Assembly (NCBI RefSeq): GCF_009914755.1 | Contig: NC_060933.1 | Length of the DNA: 64,000 bases | Reading direction: 5' to 3' (one strand) | DNA from: the human T2T-CHM13v2.0 reference genome, Homo sapiens | In this document: positions 13,190-27,500 of the stretch, one piece after another | Numbering within the stretch: the first letter of the stretch is position 1 | Layout of the letters: each line of letters starts with the position of its first letter | Program-made: the position numbers and the translations under genes | Notes under the pieces: generated by a model | Database searches by the model: none | Seen by the model: only the letters and a program-made list of their open reading frames with translations | What the model was told of the DNA's origin: nothing

Positions 13190-14915
13190 TTCCGTTCCAT
13201 TCCGTTCCATTCCATTCCATTCCATTCCGGAAGATTCCATTCCATTTCATTCCATTCCATTCGATTCCATTCGATTGCACTCGGGTTGATTCCATTCCAT
13301 TGCATTCCATTCCATTCCATTCCATTCCATTCCATTCCATTCCATTCCACTTCATTACATTCAGATTGATTCTATTCAATTCCCTTACACTCCATTATAT
13401 TCCAATCCATTCTGGTTGTCTCCATTCCATTCCATTCCATTTCACTCCATTCCATTGCACTCGGGTTGATTCCATTCCATTCCATTCCATTGCATTCCAT
13501 TCCATTCCATTCCGGATGATTCCATTCCATTGCATTCCATTCCATTCCATTCCTCTGCACTCGGGTTGATTCCATTCCATTTCATTCCATTACATTCCGT
13601 TCCATTCCATTCCATTCCTTTCGGATTGATTCTATTCAATTCCCTTACACTCCATTACATTCCATTCCATTTGGGTAGTTTCCATTCCATTCCATTCCAT
13701 TCCTCTCCATTCCATTGCACTCGGGTTGATTCCATTCCATTCCATTCCATTCCATTACGTTACATTACATTACATTACATTCCGTTCCATTGTACTCGGG
13801 TTGATTCCATTCCATTGCATTCCATTCCATTCCATTCCATTCCATTCCGTTCCATTCCATTACATTCGGATTGATTCTATTCAACTCCCTTACTCTCCAT
13901 TGCATTCCATTACATTCGGGTTGTTCCATTCCATTCCATTCCATTCCCCTCCATTCCATTGCACTCGGGTTGATTCCATTCCATTCCATTCCATTCCATT
14001 CCATTCCATTCCATTCCGGATGATTCCATTCCATTGCATTCCGTTCCATTATATTCCCCTGCACTCGGGTTGATTCCATTCCATTCCATTCCATTCCATT
14101 CGATTCTATTCCATTCCCCTGCTCTTGCGTTGATTCCATTCCATTCCATTCCATTCCATTCCATTCCATTCCATTCCATTCCTTTCCATTCCTTTCCATT
14201 CCAGTCCTTTCCATTCCATTCCACTCGGGTTGATTCCATTCTATTAGTTTCCATTCCATTCCATTCCCTTCCATTCCACTCTGGTTGATTCCATTCCTTT
14301 CCATTCCACTCGAATACATTCCCTCCTATTCCACTCGGAACGATTCCATTCCATTCCATTCCATTCCATTCCATTCCATTCCATTCCATTCCATTCCATT
14401 TTGTTCCATTCCATTCTATTCCATATCATTCCATTCCATTCCATTCCATTCCATTCCATTCCATTCCACTCGTGTTGATTCCATTCCTTTCCATTCCATT
14501 CGGTTTGAAGGCATTCCATTCCATTCCATGCCATTCCATTCCATTCCATTCCATTGTACTCGGGTTGATTCCATTCCATTGCATTCCATTCCATTACATT
14601 CCATTCCATTCCGTTGCATTCCATTCCATTACATTCGGATTGATTCTATTCAACTCGCTTACTCTCCATTACATTCCATTCCATTCGGGTTGTTCCATTC
14701 GATTCCATTCCATTCCATTCCACTCCATTCAATTACACTCGGGTTGATTCCATTCCATTCCATTCCATTCAATTCCATTCCATTACAATTCGTTCCATTC
14801 CTTTCTATTCCGTACCATTCCATTCCATTCCATACCATTCCATTGCATTCCATTCCATTCCATTCCGTTCCATTCCGTTCCATTCCATTCCATTCCATTC
14901 TATTCGGGTTAATTC
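13190..14915 (+). repeat. ~1.7 kb block duplicated at ~17510-19235 (offset 4313-4323)
   Basis: Identical ORFs 13372/17695, 13530/17853, 14472/18790. Shared private words ATTACGTTAC, CCCCTGCTCTTGCGTTG, CAATTACACTCGGG. Confidence 0.88.
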
Positions 14916-17509
14916 CATTCCATTCCATTCCATTACATTCCATTCCATTCCATTCTATTCCGTTCCATTGCAATCGAGTTGAATCCATTGCATTTCATTC
15001 CATTCCATTCCATTCCATTCCATTCCATTCCGGAAGATTCCATTCCATTGCATTCCATTCCATTACATTCCCCTGCACTCGCGTTGATTCCATTCCATTC
15101 CATTCCATTCCATTCCATTCCCTTCCGTTCCGTTCTGTTCCATTCCTTTCCATTCCATTCCATTCCATTCCGTTCCGTTCCATTCCATTCCATTCCATTC
15201 TATTCAGGTTAATTCCATTCCATTCCATTCTATTGCAATCGAGTTGATTCCATTCCATTCCATTCCATTGCATTCCATTCCATTCCTTTCCATTCCATTA
15301 CGGATGATTCCATTCCATTGCATTCCATTCCATTCCATTCCCCTGTACTCGGATTTATTCCATTCCATTCTATACCAATCCATGCCATTCCACTCGTGTT
15401 GATTCCATTCTTTCCATTCCATTCAAGTTGAATCCATTCCATTGCATTCCATTCCATTCGATTCCATTCGATTGCACTCGGGTTGATTCCATTCCATTGC
15501 AATCCATTCCATTCCATTCCATTCCATTCCATTCCATTCCATTCCATTCCGTTCCATTCCATTCCATTACATTCGGATTGATTCTATTCAACTACCTTAC
15601 TCTCCATTACATTCCATTCCATTCGGGTTGTTCCATTCCATTCCATTCCATTCCACTGCATTCCATTGCACTCGGGTTCATTCCATTCCATTCCATTCCA
15701 TTCCATTCCATTCCATTCCGGAAGGTTCCATTCCATTGCATTCCATTCCATTCCATTCCCCTGCACTCGTGTTTATTCCATTCCATTCCATTCCATTCCA
15801 TTCCATTCCATTCCATTCCATTCCATTCCTTTCCGTTCCATTCCATTCCATTCCATTCCATTCCAATCCATTCCGTTCCGTTCCGTTCCATTCCATTCCA
15901 TTCCATTCCATTCCATTCGGGTTAATTCCATTCCATTCCATTCGATTGCAGTCGAGTTGATTCCATTCCATTCCATTCCATTCCATTCCATTCCTTTCCA
16001 TTCCATTACGGATGATTCCATTCCATTGCATTCCATTCCATTCCATTCCCCTGTACTCGGGTTGATTCCATTCCATTCCATTGCAGTCCATGCCCTTCCA
16101 CTCGTGTTGATTCCATTCTTTCCATTCCATTCAAGTTGAATCCATTCCATTGCATTCCATTCCAGTCGATTCCATTCGATTGCACTCGGGTTGATTCCAT
16201 TCCATTGCATTCCATTCCATTCCATTCCATTCCACTCCATTCCAGTCCTTTCCATTCCATTCCACTCGGGTTGATTCCAATGTATTCCTTTCCATTCCAT
16301 TCCATTCCATTGCAATCGAGTTGATTCCATTGTTTTGCATTCCATTCCATTCCATTCCATTCCGGATGATTCCATTCCATTGCGTTCCATTCCATTCTAA
16401 TCCCCTGCACTCGGGTTGATTCCATTCCATTCCACTCCATTCCGTTCCATTCCATTCCATTCCATTGTATTCGGGTTAATTCCATTCCATTCCATTCCAT
16501 TCCATTCCATTCCATTACAATCGAGTTGACTCCATTCCATTCCATTCCATTCCAGTCCTTTCCATTCCATTCCACTCGGGTTGATTCCATTCTATTAGTT
16601 TCCATTCCATTCCATTCCCTTCCATTCCACTCTGGTTGATTCCAATCCTTTCCATTCCACTCGAATACATTCCCTCCTGTTCCACTCGGAACGATTCCAT
16701 TCCATTCCATTCCAATCCATTCCATTCCATTCCATTCCATTTCGTTCCATTCCATTCTATTCCGTATCACTCCATTCCATTCCATTTAATTCCATTCTAT
16801 TCCATTGTACTCGGGTTGATTCCATTCCATTGCATTCCATTCCATTCCATTCCATTCCATTCCATTCCATTCCATTGCATTCCATTCCATTACATTCGGA
16901 TTGATTCTATTCAACTCCCTTACTCTCCATTACATTCCATTCCATTCGGGTTGTTCCATTCCATTCCATTCCATTCCACTCCATTCCATTGCACTCGGGT
17001 TGATTCCATTCCATTCCATTCCATTCCATTCCATTCCTTTCCATTCCGGATGATTCCATTCCATTGCATTCCGTTCCATTACATTCCCCTGCACTCGGTT
17101 GATTCCATTCCATTCCATTCCATTCCATTCGATTCCATTCCATACCAATTCTTTCCATTCCATTCTATTCCGTACCATTCCATTCCATTCCATACAATTC
17201 CATTCCATTCCATTCCACTCTGTTCCGTTCCGTTCCGTTCCGTTCCATTCCATTCCATTCCATTGTATTCGGTTTAATTCCATTCCATTCCATTCCATTC
17301 CATTCCATTCTATTCCATTCCATTGCAATCGAGTTGAATCCATTGCATTCCATTCCATTCCATTCCATTCCATTCCATTCCATTCCATTCCATTCCGGAA
17401 GATTCCATACCATTCCATTCCATTCCATTCCATTCCATTCCATTCCATTCCATTGTACTCGGGTTGATTCCATTCCATTGCATTCCATTCCATTCCATTC
17501 CATTCCATT

Positions 17510-19235
17510 CCATTCCGTTCCATTCCATTCCATTCCATTCCGGAAGATTCCATTCCATTTCATTCCATTCCATTCGATTCCATTCGATTGCACTCGGGTT
17601 GATTCCATTCCATTGCATTCCATTCTATTCCATTCCATTCCATTCCATTCCATTCCATTCCATTCCATTCCACTTCATTACATTCAGATTGATTCTATTC
17701 AATTCCCTTACACTCCATTATATTCCAATCCATTCTGGTTGTCTCCATTCCATTCCATTCCATTTCACTCCATTCCATTGCACTCGGGTTGATTCCATTC
17801 CATTCCATTCCATTGCATTCCATTCCATTCCATTCCGGATGATTCCATTCCATTGCATTCCATTCCATTCCATTCCTCTGCACTCGGGTTGATTCCATTC
17901 CATTTCATTCCATTACATTCCGTTCCATTCCATTCCATTCCTTTCGGATTGATTCTATTCAATTCCCTTACACTCCATTACATTCCATTCCATTTGGGTA
18001 GTTTCCATTCCATTCCATTCCATTCCTCTCCATTCCATTGCACTCGGGTTGATTCCATTCCATTCCATTCCATTCCATTACGTTACATTACATTACATTA
18101 CATTCCGTTCCATTGTACTCGGGTTGATTCCATTCCATTGCATTCCATTCCATTCCATTCCATTCCATTCCGTTCCATTCCATTACATTCGGATTGATTC
18201 TATTCAACTCCCTTACTCTCCATTGCATTCCATTACATTCGGGTTGTTCCATTCCATTCCATTCCATTCCCCTCCATTCCATTGCACTCGGGTTGATTCC
18301 ATTCCATTCCATTCCATTCCATTCCATTCCATTCCATTCCATTCCGGATGATTCCATTCCATTGCATTCCGTTCCATTATATTCCCCTGCACTCGGGTTG
18401 ATTCCATTCCATTCCATTCCATTCCATTCGATTCTATTCCATTCCCCTGCTCTTGCGTTGATTCCATTCCATTCCATTCCATTCCATTCCATTCCATTCC
18501 ATTCCTTTCCATTCCTTTCCATTCCAGTCCTTTCCATTCCATTCCACTCGGGTTGATTCCATTCTATTAGTTTCCATTCCATTCCATTCCCTTCCATTCC
18601 ACTCTGGTTGATTCCATTCCTTTCCATTCCACTCGAATACATTCCCTCCTATTCCACTCGGAACCATTCCATTCCATTCCATTCCATTCCATTCCATTCC
18701 ATTCCATTCCATTCCATTTTGTTCCATTCCATTCTATTCCATATCATTCCATTCCATTCCATTCCATTCCATTCCATTTCATTCCACTCGTGTTGATTCC
18801 ATTCCTTTCCATTCCATTCGGTTTGAAGGCATTCCATTCCATTCCATGCCATTCCATTCCATTCCATTCCATTGTACTCGGGTTGATTCCATTCCATTGC
18901 ATTCCATTCCATTACATTCCATTCCATTCCGTTGCATTCCATTCCATTACATTCGGATTGATTCTATTCAACTCCCTTACTCTCCATTACATTCCATTCC
19001 ATTCGGGTTGTTCCATTCGATTCCATTCCATTCCATTCCACTCCATTCAATTACACTCGGGTTGATTCCATTCCATTCCATTCCATTCAATTCCATTCCA
19101 TTACAATTCGTTGCATTCCTTTCTATTCCGTACCATTCCATTCCATTCCATACCATTCCATTGCATTCCATTCCATTCCATTCCGTTCCATTCCGTTCCA
19201 TTCCATTCCATTCCATTCTATTCGGGTTAATTCCA
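17510..19235 (+). repeat. Second copy of the ~1.7 kb block at 13190-14915
   Basis: Same private variants in the same order as 13190-14915. Confidence 0.88.
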
Positions 19236-19239
19236 TTCC

Positions 19240-21530
19240 GTTCCATTCCATTACATTCGGATTGATTCTATTCAACTCCCTTACTCTCCATTACATTCCA
19301 TTCCATTCGGGTTGTTCCATTCCATTCCATTCCATTCGGATTGATTCTATTCAACTCCCTTACTCTCCATTACATTCCATTCCATTCGGGTTGTTCCATT
19401 CCATGCCATTCCATTCGACTCCATTCCATTGCACTCGGGTTGATTCCATTCCATTCCATTCCATTCCATTCCATTCCATTCCATTCCGGATGATTCCATT
19501 CCATTGCATTCCGTTCCATTACATTCCCCTGGACTCTGGTTGATTCCATTCCATTCCATTCCATTCCATTCGATTCCATTCCATTCCAATTCTTTCCATT
19601 CCATTCTATTCCGTACCATTCCATTCCATTCCATACAATTCCATTCCATTCCATTCCACTCCGTTCCGTTCTGTTCCATTCCGTTCCGTTCCATTCCATT
19701 CCATTCCATTCTATTCGGTTTAATTCCATTCCATTCCATTCCATTCCATTCTATTCCATTCCATTGCAATCGAGTTGAATCCATTGCATTCCATTCCATT
19801 CCATTCCATTCCATTCCATTCCATTCCATTCCGGAAGATTCCATTCCATTGCATTCCATTCCATTCCATTCCATTCCATTCCATTCCATTCCATTCCATT
19901 CCATTGTACTCGGGTTGATTCCATTCCATTGCATTCCATTCCATCCCATTCCATTCCATTCCATTCCATTCCATTCCATTCCATTCCATTCCATTCCGTT
20001 CCATTCCATTCATTACATTCGGATTGATTCTTTTCAACTCCCTTACTCTCCATTACATTCCATTCCATTCGGGTTGTTCCATTCCATTCCATTCCATTCC
20101 ACTCCATTCCATTGCACTCGGGTTGATTCCATTCCATTCCATTCCATTCCATTCCGGATGATTCCATTCCATTGCATTCCGTTCCATTACATTCCCCTGC
20201 ACTCGGGTTAATTCCAATCCATTCCATTACATTCCATTCGATTGTATTCCATTCCCCTGCACTCGCGTTGATTCCATTCCATTCCATTCCATTCCATTCC
20301 ATTCCATTCCATTCCTTTCCATTCCAGTCCTTTCCATTCCATTCCACTCGGGTTGATTCCATTCTATTAGTTTCCATTCTGTTCCATTCCCTTCCACTCC
20401 ACTCTGGTTGATTCCATTCCTTTCCATTCCACTCGAATACATTCCCTCCTATTCCACTCGGAACGATTCCATTCCATTCCATTCCATTCCATTCCATTCC
20501 ATTCCATTCAATTTTCTTCCATTCCATTCTATTCCGTATCATTCCATTGCATTCCATTCCATTCCATTCCATTCCATTCCATTCCCTTCCATTCCATTCC
20601 TTTCCATTCGTGTTGATTCCATTCCTTTCCATTCCATTCGGTTTGAAGGTATTCCATTCCATTCCATTCCATTCCATTCCATTCCATTCCATTCCATTCC
20701 ATTCCATTGTACTCGGGTTGATTCCATTCCATTGTATTCCATTCCATTCCATTCCATTCCATTCCGTTTCATTCCATTCCATTACATTCGGATTGATTCT
20801 ATTCAACTCCCTTACTCTCCATTACATTCCATTCCATTCGGGTTGTTCCATTCCATTCCATTCCACTCCACTCCATTCCATTGCACTCGGGTTGATTCCA
20901 TTCCATTCCATTCCATTCCATTCCATTCCGGATGATTCCATTCCATTGCATTCCGTTCCATTACATTCCCCTGCACTCGCGTTGATTCCATTCCATTCCA
21001 TTCCATTCCATTCCATTCCATTGAATTCCATTCCATTACAATTCGTTCCATTCCATTCTATTCCATACCATTCCATTCCATTCCATACCGTTCCATTGCA
21101 TTCCATTCCATTCCATTCCGTTCCATTCCTTTCCATTCCATTGCATTCCATTCTATTCGCGTTAATTCCATTCCATTCCATTCCATTCCATTCCATTCCA
21201 TTCCATTCCATTCTATTCCATTCCATTGCAATCGAGTTGAATCCATTGCATTTCATTCCATTCCATTCCATTCCATTCCATTCCGGAAGATTCCATTCCA
21301 TTGCATTCCATTCCATTCCATTCCCCTGCACTCGCGTTGATTCCATTCCATTCCATTCCATTCCATTCCATTCCATTCCATTCCATTCCGTTCCGTTCTG
21401 TTCCATTCCATTCCATTCCATTCCATTCCGTTCCGTTCCATTCCATTCCATTCCATTCTATTTGGGTTAATTCCATTCCATTCCATTCGATTGCAATCGA
21501 GTTGATTCCATTCCATTCCATTCCATTCCA
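19240..21530 (+). repeat. ~2.3 kb block also present inside the HOR unit at ~28360-30640 and ~55235-57510
   Basis: ORF offsets 19347/28467 (9120), 20172/29262 (9090), 20812/29917 (9105). Shared private words CCCCTGGACTCTGGTTG, CCATTCATTAC (1-bp deletion), TTGAATTCC, CTATTCGCGTTAA. Confidence 0.88.
21280..21294. promoter_or_regulatory. Heat-shock-element match near the start of HOR copy 1 (counterpart at ~48204-48218)
   Basis: ATTCCGGAAGATTCC. This is a motif match only. Confidence 0.4.
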
Positions 21531-24500
21531 TTCCATTCCATTCCATTCCATTTTGTTCCATTCCATTCTATTCCGTATCATTCCCTTCCATTCCATTCCA
21601 TTCCATTCCATTCCATTCCATTCCACTCGTGTTGATTCCATTCCTTTCCATTCCATTCGGTTTGAAGGTATTCCATTCCATTCCATTCCATTCCATTCCA
21701 TTCCATTCCATTCCATTGTACTCGGGTTGCTTCCATTCCATTGCATTCCATTCCATTCCATTCCATTCCATTCCGTTGCATTCCATTCCATTACATTCGG
21801 ATTGATTCTATTCAACTCCCTTACTCTCCATTACATTCCATTCCATTCGGGTTGTTCCATTCCATTCCATTCCATTGCACTCCATTCCATTGCACTCTGG
21901 TTGATTCCATTCTATTCCATTCCATTCCATTCCATTCCGGATGATTCCATTCCATTGCATTCCGTTCCATTACATTCCCCTGCACTCGCGTTTATTCCAT
22001 TCCATTCCATTCCATTCCATTCAATTCCATTCCATTACAATTCGTTCTATTCCATTCTATTCCGTACCATTCCATTGCATTCCATACCATTCCATTGCAT
22101 TCCATTCCATTCCATTCCGTTCCATTCCGTTCCATTCCATTCCATTCCATTCTATTCGGGTTAATTCCATTCCATTCCATTCCATTCCATTCCATTCCAT
22201 TCTATTCCATTCCATTGCAATCGAGTTGAATCCATTGCATTTCATTCCATTCCATTCCATTCCATTCCATTCCGGAAGATTCCATTCCATTGCATTCCAT
22301 TCCATTCCATTTCCCTGCACTCGCGTTGATTCCATTCCATTCCATTCCATTCCATTCCATTCCATTCCGTTCCGTTCTGTTCCATTCCATTCCATTCCAT
22401 TCCATTCCGTTCCGTTCCATTCCATTCCATTCCATTCTATTCGGGTTAATTCCATTCCATTCCCTTTGATTGCAATCGAGTTGATTCCATTCCATTCCAT
22501 TCCATTCCATTCCATTCCATTCCATTCCTTTCCATTCCATTACGGATGATTCCATTCCATTGCATTCCATTCCATTCCATTCCCCTGTACTCGGATTGAT
22601 TCCATTCCATTCTATTCTAATCCATGCCATTACACTCATGTTGATTCCATTCTTTCCATTCCATTCAAGTTGAATCCATTCCATTGCATTCCATTCCATT
22701 CGATTCCATTCGATTGCACTCGGGTTGATTCCATTCCATTGCATTCCATTCCTTTCCATTCCATTCCATTCCATTCCATTCCCTTCCATTCCATTCCATT
22801 ACATTCGGATTGATTCTATTCAACTCCCTTACTCTCCATTACATTCCATTCCATTCGGGTTGTTCCATTCCATTCCATTCCATTCCACTCCATTCCATTG
22901 CACTCGGGTGTATTCCATTCCATTCCATTCCATTCCATTCCATTCCATTCCATTCCGGAAGATTCCATTCCATTGCATTCCATTCCATTCCATTCCTTTC
23001 CGTTCCATTCCATTCCATTCCATTTCATTACATTCAGATTGATTCTATTCAATTCCCTTACACTCCATTATATTCCAATCCATTCTGGTTGTTTCCATTC
23101 CATTCCATTCCATTCCTCTGCATTCCATTGCACTCGGGTTGATTCCATTCCATTCCATTCCATTCCATTCCATTCCATTCCATTCCATTCCATTCCATTC
23201 CATTCCGTTCCATTGTACTCGGGTTGATTCCATTCCATTGCATTCCATTCCATTCCATTCCATTCCATTCCATTCCATTCCGTTCCATTCCATTACATTC
23301 AGATTGATTCTATTCAACTCCCTTACTCTCCATTACATTCCATTCCATTCGGGTTGTTCCATTCCATTCCATTCCATTCCACTCCATTCCATTGCACTCG
23401 GGTTGATTCCATTCCATTCCATTCCATTCCATTCCATTCCATTCCCTTCCATTACGGATGATTCCATTCCATTGCATTCCGTTCCATTACATTCCCCTGC
23501 ACTCGGGTTGATTCCATTCCATTCCATTCCATTCCATTCGATTCCATTCCATTCCAATTCTTTCCATTCCATTCTATTCCGTACCATTCCATTGCATTCC
23601 ATACAATTCCATTCCATTCCATTACACTCCGTTCCGTTCCGTTCCTTTCCGTTCCATTCCATTCCATTCCATTCTATTCGGTTTAATTCCATTCCATTCC
23701 ATTCCATTCCATTCTATTCCATTCCATTGCAATCGAGTTGAATCCATTGCATTCCATTCCATTCCATTCCATTCCATTCCATTCCATTCCGGAAGATTCC
23801 ATTCCATTGCATTCCATTCCATTCCATTCCGTTCAATTCCATTCCATTCCATTCCATTGTACTCGGGTTGATTCCATTCCATTGCATTCCATTCCATTCC
23901 ATTCCATTCCATTCCATTCCGTTCCATTCCATTCCATTACATTCGGATTGATTCTTTTCAACTCCCTTACTCTCCATTCCATTCCATTCCATTCGGGTTG
24001 TTCCATTCCATTCCATTCCATTCCTCTCCATTCCATTGCACTTGGGTTGATTCCATTCCATTCCATTCCATTCCATTCCGGATGATTCCGTTCCATTGCA
24101 TTCCGTTCCATTACTTTCCCCTGCACTCGGGTTGATTCCATTCCATTCCATTCCATTCCATTCGATTCCATTCCATTCCCCTGCACTCGCGTTGATTCCA
24201 TTCCATTCCATTCCATTCCTTTCCATTCCAGTCCTTTCCATTCCATTCCACTCGGGTTGATTCCATTCTATTAGTTTCCATTCCATTCCATTCCCTTCCA
24301 TTCCACTCTGGTTGATTCCATTCCTTTCCATTCCACTCGAATACATTCCCTCCTATTCCACTCGGAACGATTCCATTCCATTCCATTCCATTCCATTCCA
24401 TTCCATTCCATTCCATTCCATTCCATTCCATTCCATTTCGTTCCATTCCATTCTATTCCGTATCATTCCATTCCATTCCATTCCATTCCATTCCATTCCA

Positions 24501-27500
24501 TTCCATTCCACTCCATTGTACTCGGGTTGATTCCATTCCATTGCATTCCATTCCATTCCATTCCATTCCATTCCGTTGCATTCCATTCCATTACATTCGG
24601 ATTGATTCTATTCAACTCCCTTACTCTCCATTACATTCCATTCCATTCGGGTTGTTCCATTCCATTCCATTCCATTCCACTCCATTCCATTGCACTCGGT
24701 TTGATTCCATTCCATTCCATTCCATTCCATTCCATTCCATTCCGGATGATTCCATTCCATTGCATTCCGTTCCATTACATTCCCCTGTACTCGCGTTGAT
24801 TCCATTCCATTGCATTCCATTCCATTCAATTCCATTCCATTACAATTCGTTCCATTCAATTCTATTCCGTACCATTCCATTCCATTCCATACCATTCCAT
24901 TCCATTCCATTCCATTCCATTCTATTCCGTTCCATTCCCTTCCATTCCATTCCATTCCATTCTATTCGGGTTAATTCCATTCCATTCCATTCCATTCCAT
25001 TCCATTCCATTCCATTTTATTCCATTCCATTGCAATCGAGTTGAATCCATTCCATTTCATTCCATTCCATTCCATTCCATTCCATTCCGGAAGATTCCAT
25101 TCCATTGGATTCCATTCCATTTCATTCCATTCCATTGCATTCCGCTGCACTCGCGTTGATTCCATTCCATTCCATTCCATTCCATTCCGTTCCGTTCCAT
25201 TCCATTCCATTCCATTCCATTCCATTCCGTTCCATTCCATTCCATTCCATACCATTCTATTCGGGTTAATTCCATTCCATTCCATTCGATTGCAATCGAG
25301 TTGATTCCATTCCATTCCATTCCATTCCATTCCATTCCTTTCCATTCCATTACGGATGAATCCATTCCATTGCATTCCATTCCATTCCATTCCCCTGTAC
25401 TCGGGTTGATTCCATTCCATTCCATTCCAATCCATGCCATTCCACTCGTGTTGATTTCATTCTTTCCATTCCATTCAAGTTGAATCCATTCCATTGCATT
25501 CCATTCCATTCGATTCCATTCGATTGCACTCGGGTTGATTCCATTCCATTGCATTCCATTCCATTCCATTCCATTCCATTCCATTCCTTTCCATTCCATT
25601 CCATTACATTCGGATTGATTCTATTCAATTCCCTTACACTCAATTACATTCCATTCCATTCGGGTAGTTTGCATTCCATTCCATTCCATTCCTCTCCATT
25701 CCATTGCACTCGGGTTGATTCCATTCCATTGCATTTCATTCCATTCCATTCAATTCCATTCCGTTCCATTCCATTCCATTACATTCGGATTGATTCTATT
25801 CAACTCCCTTAATCTCCATTACTTTCCATTCCATTTGGGTTGTTCCATTCCATTCCATTCCATTCCACTCCATTCCATTGCACTCGCGTTGATTCCATTC
25901 CATTCCATTCCATTCCATTCCATTCCATTCCATTCCATTCCGGAAGATTCCATTCCTTTGCATTCCATTCCATTCCATTCCCCTGCCCTCGCGTTGATTC
26001 CATTCCATTCCATTCTATTCCATTCCATTCCCTTCCTTTCCGTTCCATTCCATTCCATTCCATTCCATTCCATTCCATTCCATTCCGTTCCGTTCCGTTC
26101 CATTCCATTCCATTCCCTTCTATTCGGGTTAATTCCATTCCATTCCATTCGACTGCAATCGAGTTGATTCCATTCCATTCCATTCCATTCCATTCCATTC
26201 CATTCCATTCCATTCAATTCCGGATGATTCCATTCCATTGCATTCCATTCCATTCCATTCCCCTGCACTCGGGTTGATTCCATTCCATTCCATTCCATTA
26301 CATTCCGTTCCATTCCATTCCATTCCATTCGGATTGATTCTATTCAATTCCCTTACACTCCATTACATTCCATTCCATTCGGGTAGTTTCCATTCCATTC
26401 CATTCCATTCCTCTCCATTCCATTGCACTCGGGTTGATTCCATTCCATTCAATTCCATTCCATTCCATTACATTACATTACATTACATTCCGTTCCATTG
26501 TACTCGGGTTGATTCCATTCCATTGCATTCCATTCCATTCCATTCCATTCCATTCCATTCCATTCCATTCCATTCCGTTCCATTCCATTACATTCGGATT
26601 CATTCTATTCAACTCCCTTACTGTCCATTACATTCCATTCCATTCGGGTTGTTCCATTCCATTCCGTTCCATTCCACTCCATTCCATTGCACTCGGGTTG
26701 ATTCCATTCCATTCCATTCCACTCCATTCCATTCCATTCCGGATGATTCCATTCCATTGCATTCCGTTCCATTACATTCCCCTGCACTCGGGTTGATTCC
26801 ATTCCATTCCATTCCATTCCATTCGATTCCATTCCATTCCAATTCTTTCCATTCCATTCTATTACGTACCATTCCATTCCATACAATTCCATTCCATTCC
26901 ATTCCACTCCGTTCCGTTCCGTTCCGTTCCGTTCCATTCCATTCCATTCCATTCTATTCGGTTTAATTCCATTCCATTCCATTCCATTCCATTCTATTCC
27001 ATTCCATTGCAATCGAGTTGAATCCATTGCATTCCATTCCATTCAATTCCATTCCATTCCATTCCATTCCGGAAGATTCCATTCCATTGCATTCCATTCC
27101 ATTCCATTGCATTCCATTCCATTCCATTCCATTCCCTTCCATTCCATTCCATTACATTCGGATTTATTCTATTCAACTCCCTTACTCTCCATTACATTCC
27201 ATTCCATTCGGGTTGTTCCATTCCATTCCATTCCATTCCACTCCATTCCATTGCACTCGGGTTTATTCCATTCCATTCCATTCCATTGCATTCCATTCCA
27301 TTCCATTCCGGAAGATTCCATTCCATTGCATTCCATTCCATTCCATTCCTTTCCGTTCCATTCCATTCCATTCCATTCCATTCCAATCCATTCCATTCTG
27401 TTCCGTTCCATTCCATTCCATTCCATTCCATTCTATTCGGGTTAATTCCATTCCATTCCATTCGATTGCAATCGAGTTGATTCCTTTCCATTCCATTCCA

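Noticed and set aside
10200-21200. Possible third HOR copy upstream
   Set aside because: Rare words from 37.1-48.1 kb do not appear at the -26.9 kb offset.
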